A DNA stretch of 32,000 nucleotides from Oscillospiraceae bacterium (GTDB taxonomy: Bacteria > Bacillota > Clostridia > UMGS1883): NCBI GenBank assembly GCA_022508735.1, contig JAFLUQ010000002.1, positions 2,045-34,044 on the forward strand, in the 5' to 3' direction. Below, one piece after another: positions 7,727 through 14,285 of the stretch (position 1 is the stretch's first letter; each line of letters opens with the position of its first letter). Both the position numbers and the translations under genes were made by a program. The notes under the pieces were generated by a model. It searched no databases. It saw nothing but the letters and a program-made list of their open reading frames with translations, and was not told where the DNA came from.

Positions 7727-8362
7727 TTACACCCGGCCTCTTACTTCGACAACCTTGCCGAGAATAATGACGGGCAACGTTTCTATATCCTTCGGGGTAT
7801 AGAAGGTAGGCTCATAAGAACAACTACTATTTAAAGGCACAAGCATTATGCCTGTGTCTTTTTTTAATACTTTTTTTACTGTGGCAAAATCACCATTTAC
7901 CAAAACGACGGCGATCTCTCCATTTTCTATATAATCTTGTTTACGCACAATTACAGTATCCCCGTTAAACATTCGAGGTTCCATGCTGTCGCCTTTGATT
8001 TTCAAAGCGAAGAACTCGCCTGTAGCGGCCATTTTAGTGGAAATTTCCTCGTAGTCGATTATATTTTCTTCAGCATAGATGGGATATCCGGCGCGAACAA
8101 TGCCAAGAACGGGAATTTTTACACCTTTTAATTGACTATAGGGGAGAGATGGCGTGCCGCTTTCTAATCGAACATCACTACGCCCCAATATGTAATCAAT
8201 TGATGCATTCAGCAATTCTGAGAGTCGGATAAGGCTCTCATTATCAGCTTCATATTTGCCAGTTTCCCAACCTGAAAGTGTTGCCTGTGTAACACCGAGC
8301 AGCGATGACAACTCTACCTGCGTTAATTTTAATTCTTTTCGTAGCTCTTTAATACGATTCAT
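7727..8362 (-). CDS. XRE-family HTH + S24 peptidase (CI/LexA-like) prophage repressor, copy 1
   Basis: HTH LTQVELSSLLGVTQATLSGWETG. Ala-Gly site (VRAGYP), IKGDSM and ATVKKV. It is divergent from a cro-like gene across a promoter/operator region. Confidence 0.9.
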   Translation of the reverse strand: MNRIKELRKELKLTQVELSSLLGVTQATLSGWETGKYEADNESLIRLSELLNASIDYILGRSDVRLESGTPSLPYSQLKGVKIPVLGIVRAGYPIYAEENIIDYEEISTKMAATGEFFALKIKGDSMEPRMFNGDTVIVRKQDYIENGEIAVVLVNGDFATVKKVLKKDTGIMLVPLNSSCSYEPTFYTPKDIETLPVIILGKVVEVRGRV

Positions 8363-8397
8363 ATGTTCACCTTCTTGCCGATATAAGTCTTGCTTAT

Positions 8398-8426
8398 ATT
8401 ATAAGCTAATTTTATATGTTTGTAAA
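8398..8426 (-). promoter_or_regulatory. Repressor-operon promoter (PRM/PL-like)
   Basis: Minus strand reads TTTACA, 17-nt spacer, TATAAT. It lies 36 nt upstream of the ATG at 8362. Confidence 0.65.
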
Positions 8427-8475
8427 TATGTAATTTATAAAAAGAAAGAAATATAAAGAAAATTTATAAATACTA

Positions 8476-8504
8476 TTGACAAACTCATAAAGTTGCTTTA
8501 TAAT
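8476..8504 (+). promoter_or_regulatory. Early lytic promoter (PR-like)
   Basis: TTGACA (8476-8481), 17-nt spacer, TATAAT (8499-8504). It drives the cro-like gene at 8549. Confidence 0.75.
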
Positions 8505-8548
8505 ATAAATGAACTTTATAAAAAATTGAAATGAGGTGACCTAAAAGA

Positions 8549-8737
8549 ATGACAGGAATAGAGAGAATTAGAAAGAAACAAAACATGACGCAGATCGAGT
8601 TGGCCAAACATATGGGAGTTACGCAGGCCAATGTGTCACAGTGGGAAAGCAATGTGGCGAAGCCCAGAGCAGAAAACCTCATAAAAATGTCCGTGCTTTT
8701 TGGCTGCACGATCGATGAGCTGCTGAAGGACGCGTAG
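8549..8737 (+). CDS. Cro-like XRE-family HTH protein
   Basis: 62 aa with MTQIELAKHMGVTQANVSQWES. SD GAGGTGA lies upstream. It is divergent from the repressor. Confidence 0.88.
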   Translation: MTGIERIRKKQNMTQIELAKHMGVTQANVSQWESNVAKPRAENLIKMSVLFGCTIDELLKDA

Positions 8738-8754
8738 GGGGGAGGTGAATGGAA

Positions 8755-8991
8755 ATGGATAAGGTACAAACAACAATCCGCCTGCCGTTTGATCTGAAAG
8801 ACAGATTACAACAGGAGGCGGACAGGCTTGAGACCGACGAAAGCGAGATTATAATTATGGCTCTAAGAAAATTGCTTTCCGATAAAGAAAATCAATGTTT
8901 ATCTTACGTAAAATTGGCAGGGCATTCTTTGAAGCCGAATAAAAACCGCGGCTATGGAACAAAAGAAGTTAGTCAAGGAAATCTTCAATAA
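8755..8991 (+). CDS. Ribbon-helix-helix (CopG/Arc-like) protein
   Basis: TIRLPFDLKDRLQQEADRL...SEIIIMALRKLL fits a beta-strand plus two helices. GGAGGTG lies 7 nt before the ATG at 8755. The C-terminal tail overlaps the convergent gene by 23 nt. Confidence 0.6.
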   Translation: MDKVQTTIRLPFDLKDRLQQEADRLETDESEIIIMALRKLLSDKENQCLSYVKLAGHSLKPNKNRGYGTKEVSQGNLQ

Positions 8992-9481
8992 ATTTTTTTC
9001 TTTCAAGGCAATCTATTTCTCGAAGTATATCTACATTGAATATGTCTTCCAACTTTAAATTCGTATATATACGATTTAATATGGTCAAGACTTTAAGACT
9101 GACCTCATATTCGCTGCGAATACCCCAAAAGAAGTGAGCTAATTCCTCTATCATGCTTGAGCAGACAATTTCAGGATGATTGATATTCCATTTATAAAAT
9201 GGGTAGACAATTATTGGAGTAACAATAGCCAATTCATTGGGTTCGAGTGTTATTGAAATTGTATCTTTATCTGTAAAAATACAAGTTACAAATAAGAGAT
9301 GATCCGTATCAACGAGAAGACCGTCGTTTTCCATCTGATCAGCAACTGCATTTACGCAGCAAGAGAAAAGATTCGCTATTTCGGCGGGAATATCACATGT
9401 GGCTACAACGAGTACATGGGCTTTCAAGCGAGGGTCAATAGATGGGACTACAATATCTTTTTTCGCTTCTATTAATGCCAT
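8969..9481 (-). CDS. Orphan hypothetical protein (170 aa), antisense to the early lytic operon
   Basis: ATG at 9481 lies 7 nt after GGAGGAA. The gene has its own consensus promoter and is AT-rich. I recognise no family motif. Confidence 0.7.
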   Translation of the reverse strand: MALIEAKKDIVVPSIDPRLKAHVLVVATCDIPAEIANLFSCCVNAVADQMENDGLLVDTDHLLFVTCIFTDKDTISITLEPNELAIVTPIIVYPFYKWNINHPEIVCSSMIEELAHFFWGIRSEYEVSLKVLTILNRIYTNLKLEDIFNVDILREIDCLERKKFIEDFLD

Positions 9482-9515
9482 GTGTTCATTCCTCCAATTT
9501 TTTACAATTTGATTC

Positions 9516-9544
9516 ATTATATCACAATATCTCTAAAAAGTCAA
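9516..9544 (-). promoter_or_regulatory. Consensus promoter for the antisense orphan gene
   Basis: Minus strand reads TTGACT, 17-nt spacer with TGa, TATAAT (plus-strand AGTCAA 9539-9544 and ATTATA 9516-9521). Confidence 0.65.
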
Positions 9545-9556
9545 CAGGAGGCAGTT

Positions 9557-9757
9557 ATGGGATTCATTAAAGCATCAATAAAGCGTAATGGAGATGCAAA
9601 ATTTAGAATGTTTGCGAGGCCTGAAGAAGCTTTGGCCCTTTTGGTCTGCATATTTGAGAACATCGTGCAGAAGTTGATCGAATGTAAGGGCATGAGTAAC
9701 ACAGAGGCAAGGAAGTTCTTAATGGAAATATTGAACGAGCAATTGACAGATAGGTAA
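9557..9757 (+). CDS. Small early hypothetical protein (66 aa)
   Basis: AGGAGG lies 6 nt before the ATG at 9557. The longer track ORF (9482) lacks an SD. Confidence 0.6.
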   Translation: MGFIKASIKRNGDAKFRMFARPEEALALLVCIFENIVQKLIECKGMSNTEARKFLMEILNEQLTDR

Positions 9758-9804
9758 TAGGACAAATCAAGCGCTAAATAAACTAAATGGAAGGAGGTTT
9801 TATC

Positions 9805-10023
9805 ATGGGAAAAACGTCGAACAAGGAATATAAAGTGACCTGCACACTCACAGATCGATCCACAGGGATAACAAAAAACGTGGACGATCTGACTGAGGCA
9901 GAGCGCCGTAAAGCGGCCGTCATTATGGGTATGCGAATGCTAAAGCAGCATTATGGACCGAACTGTGTTATTACGCTGACAGATCCCGGAGCGGAGGAAC
10001 GCTATGGGATAAGGTCAATGTGA
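9805..10023 (+). CDS. Small early hypothetical protein (72 aa)
   Basis: GGAGG lies 8 nt before the ATG at 9805. Confidence 0.6.
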   Translation: MGKTSNKEYKVTCTLTDRSTGITKNVDDLTEAERRKAAVIMGMRMLKQHYGPNCVITLTDPGAEERYGIRSM

Positions 10024-10083
10024 GGCGGTTTCGTCCGCCTTCTATAGCGGACAAGCCCGGACTAATCGAAAGAAGGTGATGTT

Positions 10084-10407
10084 ATGTTTAAATCATGCGA
10101 TTACTGCGGTGCACATCTTGACCCCGGGGAACATTGCGACTGCCGGGACGACATCAAACAGAAGGAAGGTGAACAAATGAACGCAATGAGAGAGCTGGAT
10201 CTTGAGGAAATCAAAAACAGGCTCGAGGACATAAGGGGCGAGCTTGAGCAGATCGCCGCAAATGAGAGGTTTGCTATTGGATATAGTATGGGGGATCCAG
10301 TGTCCGAGGAGCAGTACGAAGAGGCAGAGCAGGCAGTCTGTAACGTAGCCGACGCGGCTTCACGAATTGAAGAGGCAATAGAATTTGTACAGGAGGCGCT
10401 CAAATGA
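10084..10407 (+). CDS. Small early protein with N-terminal CxxC...CxC knuckle and an acidic coiled coil
   Basis: CDYCGAHLDPGEHCDC, then a Glu-rich helical segment. SD GAAGGTGA lies upstream. Confidence 0.65.
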   Translation: MFKSCDYCGAHLDPGEHCDCRDDIKQKEGEQMNAMRELDLEEIKNRLEDIRGELEQIAANERFAIGYSMGDPVSEEQYEEAEQAVCNVADAASRIEEAIEFVQEALK

Positions 10408-10580
10408 GACATAAAATCAAAAAAACCGCCCATACGGCGGCTACAGCGGTAATCATGCTGGTGTTGATGTTAGCGGCAAGCTGCTCTGACATATCCGTAC
10501 CGGTCAGCCCGTGGGCGTTACTCATGGTATGCTTCGCCGCCGGCATAGGGCTGTTGGTATTCGTTAAAACCGACTGTTAG
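10404..10580 (+). CDS. Small two-TM membrane protein (58 aa), not in the supplied ORF track
   Basis: ATGA overlap with the preceding stop. Translation: MRHKIKKTAHTAATAVIMLVLMLAASCSDISVPVSPWALLMVCFAAGIGLLVFVKTDC. Confidence 0.5.
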   Translation: MRHKIKKTAHTAATAVIMLVLMLAASCSDISVPVSPWALLMVCFAAGIGLLVFVKTDC

Positions 10581-10676
10581 GGGGCGAGGTTGTGGGCTGG
10601 CTATGTTTTGCTCTGCCGGCGTTTTGCGTGATAGTTGCGCTGTTGCTGCTCAGAGCAGGAAGGTGAAAAGAAAAAT

Positions 10677-10706
10677 GCTCCCGGGAGGGTGGAGCCTCCG
10701 GGGAGC
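10677..10706 (+). terminator. GC-rich hairpin, possible transcription boundary of the first early gene block
   Basis: GCTCCCGGGAGG, loop gtggag, CCTCCGGGGAGC (11 of 12 bases pair). No clean U-tract. Confidence 0.3.
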
Positions 10707-10790
10707 GGTAGAAAATCTTTCCGAAAAATTTTCTATTGATTATTATAACACATTCAAAAGTAAAAGTCAAGATTTTTAAGGTAAAACATC

Positions 10791-10970
10791 ATGAAATATA
10801 AAAGTTTTGAGGACATGCCCACATGGGTATCCGTCCCGGAAGTGGCGCAGTTTATGAAGATAAGCGAGTCAGAGGTCTACGCCATGATAAGAAGAAAAAA
10901 CCTCACTGCAACAAAAATAGGCAACAGGCCGTATTCGGTAAACAAATACCGACTTATAGGAAAGGAGTAA
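10791..10970 (+). CDS. Excisionase/MerR-type HTH DNA-binding protein (59 aa), not in the ORF track
   Basis: VSVPEVAQFMKISESEVYAMIRRKNLTATKIGNRPYSV matches the HTH_17/Xis-type pattern (L..Ev A..l.vS..tvY.li+.g.lpa.kiG.r). Confidence 0.65.
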   Translation: MKYKSFEDMPTWVSVPEVAQFMKISESEVYAMIRRKNLTATKIGNRPYSVNKYRLIGKE

Positions 10971-10975
10971 AAACA

Positions 10976-11920
10976 ATGATTAAACAACCCAACGAACTTA
11001 CATTTAACGATAAGAAATTTTCAATGATCCTTTATGGAGCCCCCGGCGTCGGCAAGACAACCCTTGCCTTATCCGCCCCCAACCCCATCCTTATTGACTT
11101 CGACCGCGGCGTATCCCGTGTGAAGGCATACCACAGAACGTTGACCATTGTATGCAGCACATATGAGGAGGTGCTGAGCGACATTGAAGCTCCAGAGATC
11201 AAAGACTGTGAAACAATCGTCATAGACACCGGCGGCAGCTTTGTCAGTTTCCTTCAGGCGTGGGCAATGAGGATCAATCCAGCTGTAAATCGTCAAAAGG
11301 ACGGGAAAACAATTTCTCAAAAGGGCTTCGGGGCGGTAAAACAGGAGTTTCAACGTTTCACGAACTATGTCCGAGATACACTGGACAAGAATGTTATCTA
11401 TGTTTTCCACTCTGACGAGCAAAAGGATAAGGACGGTAATCCTCAGTACCGGATTCTGTGCGAGGGCGCGGCAAAAAATATTGTATGGCAGCCGTGCGAC
11501 TTCGGGGGATACGTACAAATGGTCGGCAACAACCGTGTTGTGACGTTTTCGCCAACACAGGAATTCTTTGCCAAGGGCTGTTATGGCATCGAGGGGCAGA
11601 TGGTCGTTTCCACGATCGGCCCAACCGACAAGAATAATTTTATTACCAACCTCTTTGCGATGGCACGAGAGAATATCGCCAAGGACGCTGAAGCGTTTGT
11701 ACCTCTGAAGGAGCAATACGATAAGACCATGGCCGAGGCTACGGCCACCATTGATGCAATCGAAACGGCAGAGGACGCAACTCACGCAATCTTCGTCCTT
11801 TCGCAGCTTGAACACGCGCTGACGTCAAAGAGGGAGGCAAGCGCCATGTTGAAAGCCAAGGCGGATGAGCTTGGTTTTGTCTTGGATAAAGAAAAAATGA
11901 TGTACAGGGAGGCGGAGTGA
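10976..11920 (+). CDS. Sak4-like RecA-fold ATPase (AAA_24 family, phage recombination protein)
   Basis: Walker A ILYGAPGVGKTT and Walker B IVIDTGG. ATG at 10976 follows AAAGGAG. The 51-codon N-terminal extension in the track overlaps the Xis-like ORF and is rejected. Confidence 0.85.
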   Translation: MIKQPNELTFNDKKFSMILYGAPGVGKTTLALSAPNPILIDFDRGVSRVKAYHRTLTIVCSTYEEVLSDIEAPEIKDCETIVIDTGGSFVSFLQAWAMRINPAVNRQKDGKTISQKGFGAVKQEFQRFTNYVRDTLDKNVIYVFHSDEQKDKDGNPQYRILCEGAAKNIVWQPCDFGGYVQMVGNNRVVTFSPTQEFFAKGCYGIEGQMVVSTIGPTDKNNFITNLFAMARENIAKDAEAFVPLKEQYDKTMAEATATIDAIETAEDATHAIFVLSQLEHALTSKREASAMLKAKADELGFVLDKEKMMYREAE

Positions 11921-11921
11921 C

Positions 11922-12536
11922 ATGAGCTATCTGATCACGCAAACGCTGATTGGCTCGTGGAACTATATGCATTCGTGTCGTGAAGAATGCCAGAAAGATG
12001 CCTACAATGACTTTCTTCGGACACTCAACCGAATTCCCCAAGAGACCACCCCGGCAATGCAAAACGGTATTGATTTTGAAAATGAGGTGTATAAAGCGGC
12101 TGCGGGTATATCCCGCACCGCTCACCCTAAATGGGAAAGTGGAATAAATGCCGTTGCGGCGATCATAAAAGGCGCTCCCGTACAGGTAAAGGCACAGCGC
12201 GAATTGACTATCGGCTCAATGGATTTGCTTGTGTACGGCATTATGGATGCGATTAAAGCGGGCAAAATTTACGACGTGAAATTCAGCAACAAAAGCTTCA
12301 GCTCCGTTGATCTTGCCGGTAAGTATCTCGATTCTCCACAGCACCCAACTTACTTCTATCTCGAACCTGAGGCGCAGGAGTTTCAGTATCTGGTTTCTGA
12401 CGGCGTTGACCTGTATACGGAAGTATATACACGGGGGAACAGCAGGCCGTTTAAGGAAATCGCGGAAGAATTCCTCTCATCGCTTGATGCTATGAATTTA
12501 CTCGACGCCTATAAAGAAAATTGGGAGGCAAGATGA
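11922..12536 (+). CDS. PD-(D/E)xK (Cas4/RecB-like) nuclease
   Basis: GIMDAIKAGKIYDVKFS fits D...D/ExK. The gene follows Sak4 directly, which is the usual recombination-module partner. Confidence 0.55.
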   Translation: MSYLITQTLIGSWNYMHSCREECQKDAYNDFLRTLNRIPQETTPAMQNGIDFENEVYKAAAGISRTAHPKWESGINAVAAIIKGAPVQVKAQRELTIGSMDLLVYGIMDAIKAGKIYDVKFSNKSFSSVDLAGKYLDSPQHPTYFYLEPEAQEFQYLVSDGVDLYTEVYTRGNSRPFKEIAEEFLSSLDAMNLLDAYKENWEAR

Positions 12537-12967
12537 GTATGGAATATTTATTCCGCGGGCGGACTAATACCATAGTCGATGAATGGATTTATGGGGAACA
12601 CTATACGTTTAAGACCAACGCCTTTATTAGTCCGTCAGGTGCGCCGTGTTCCCTTTCGGTATACCCCTCCAGCGTCGGCCTATGGTCGGGATTGACTACC
12701 ACTGGTAAAGATCCCGTGAAGGTGTTTGAGGGGGATATAATAGCCACATTGGATACTAATGGCGTTGTCGTCAGGTCCGGCATAGTGAGGCTTGGTCGGT
12801 ACAACAGTGACGGAGACCATCATATGGGTTTTTATGTAGAATGGGTGTCTGGTACGGCCAAATCTGCTACACGTAAAGACCTGATCTACTGGATCGAGTA
12901 TGCCGGTGCTCAGGTGATCGGCAATACAACGGATAATCCTGAATTGGTGGGGGTGACAGAAAAATGA
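12533..12967 (+). CDS. YopX-family phage protein
   Basis: YLFRGRT...EWIYG...FEGDII...IGNTTDNPELV is the characteristic YopX C-terminal motif. Confidence 0.75.
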   Translation: MSMEYLFRGRTNTIVDEWIYGEHYTFKTNAFISPSGAPCSLSVYPSSVGLWSGLTTTGKDPVKVFEGDIIATLDTNGVVVRSGIVRLGRYNSDGDHHMGFYVEWVSGTAKSATRKDLIYWIEYAGAQVIGNTTDNPELVGVTEK

Positions 12968-13632
12968 CACGAGAAGAAGCACTGGCTGTAGCAAAACCTA
13001 TATTGTTCAACACCGAAATGGTACAGGCTATACAGGACAATAGGAAGAGCGTGACGCGACGGATAATCAAGCCTCAGCCGACCACCGAAACTCCTATGTA
13101 TTGCTACGCCGCAGGAAGAAATAAAGATATAGGCAAATGGGTTGATAAAGCGGGACATCAGTGGGCGCCCCCCTGCAGAGCTGGCGATATCCAATATGTT
13201 CGAGAAACGTGGTTTTACGAGTATCATATGCACGACTTAACCGAGGGAAAACCCGATTTGCCGTCCGGGCGGTATTTGCACCGTTTCGTATTCAAAGCAC
13301 AGGATCCAAACTATTCTGTTGACCTTGGAGCTATGGCCAGCGGCTGGCGACCGTCTATTCATATGCCAAAAGAAGCCGCTCGGATATTCCTACGGGTGAC
13401 AGAAGTGCGAGTGGAGCGGTTGCAGGATATGCGTCTTGTTGACTGTTTGGCTGAGGGCGTACTCCTTTCCTCGATTGAGAAAATGGATTTTATAAAAGGC
13501 CCTCTTATAGCGAGAGAAAGATATGCAGGGGTATGGGACAGCACCATTCCCAAGAAAGAACTTGCACGTTACGGCTGGGGCGCAAATCCGTGGGTGTGGG
13601 TAATTGAATTTGAGCGGATGGAGGTGCAGTGA
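12964..13632 (+). CDS. ASCH/PUA-like domain phage protein
   Basis: N-terminal PILFNTEMVQAIQDNRKSVTRRIIKPQP is typical of phage ASCH-like proteins. ATGA overlap with the preceding gene. Confidence 0.5.
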   Translation: MTREEALAVAKPILFNTEMVQAIQDNRKSVTRRIIKPQPTTETPMYCYAAGRNKDIGKWVDKAGHQWAPPCRAGDIQYVRETWFYEYHMHDLTEGKPDLPSGRYLHRFVFKAQDPNYSVDLGAMASGWRPSIHMPKEAARIFLRVTEVRVERLQDMRLVDCLAEGVLLSSIEKMDFIKGPLIARERYAGVWDSTIPKKELARYGWGANPWVWVIEFERMEVQ

Positions 13633-14078
13633 TGAACAGACTGACAGAATACCGCCTCAACACGGTACATATAGACAGTCGCCACACTATAAGCCTTGCT
13701 GCTGGCATGTACATAGGCGAACCCATAGACCGTCTTGCCGACTACGAGGACAGCGCCCTTGAGCCGCAAGAAGTACAGCGGCTGGCGAAAGCAAAAGCCG
13801 AGGGGCGGCTTGTGGAGTTGCCTTGCGAGGTTGGCAACATGATCTATGTCATTGGGAGCGAGATTGAGCGGAAAGGCAGAAGGAAAGTTACGGTTGACCG
13901 CATTGCAGAATATCAGGTGGCTCATATCCTCCTTGGAAATCAAGTATGTCTGGTTTATTATAATGAATCGGGTTTACCTGTTGTTGTAACCCCTGACGAA
14001 ATAGGTCATGCGGTATATTTCACCCGTGAGGAAGCGGAGAAAGCATTGAAGGAGGACGACAATGGACGTAGCGAGTAG
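13629..14078 (+). CDS. Hypothetical phage protein
   Basis: Translationally coupled (ATGA overlap). The codon usage looks like that of its neighbours. Confidence 0.65.
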   Translation: MMNRLTEYRLNTVHIDSRHTISLAAGMYIGEPIDRLADYEDSALEPQEVQRLAKAKAEGRLVELPCEVGNMIYVIGSEIERKGRRKVTVDRIAEYQVAHILLGNQVCLVYYNESGLPVVVTPDEIGHAVYFTREEAEKALKEDDNGRSE

Positions 14079-14277
14079 CGCCGAGCTTTTCGGCAAGGTT
14101 GTTGTGGTGACGGGAATGAAGGAAATTCCGATGTGCTGTGATGAATGTGCAATTTGTACGGAAACTTTTGGCGGCGAGTGGTGTGATTGGCTTAAGACTG
14201 GCCAGCCAATATCGCAGATTGTAGACATCCGTCAAAAACGACTGCCCGACTGTCCGCTCCGGCTGGTGGGGAGGTAG
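14062..14277 (+). CDS. Small Cys-rich hypothetical protein
   Basis: 71 aa containing CCDECAIC...C...C. It sits in the same-strand operon. Confidence 0.5.
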   Translation: MDVASSAELFGKVVVVTGMKEIPMCCDECAICTETFGGEWCDWLKTGQPISQIVDIRQKRLPDCPLRLVGR

Positions 14278-14285
14278 GGTATATT

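Noticed and set aside
10823-10975. N-terminal 51-codon extension of the AAA ATPase ORF in the supplied track
   Set aside because: The extension has no SD, is Lys/Arg-rich junk, and overlaps a well-formed Xis-type HTH ORF in another frame. The ATG at 10976 has AAAGGAG upstream and begins just before the Walker A region.
11069-11815. 248-aa minus-strand ORF (plus 11739-12125 on the minus strand)
   Set aside because: Antisense to the Sak4-like ATPase and nuclease genes, which carry clear Walker and PD-ExK motifs. These are shadow ORFs.
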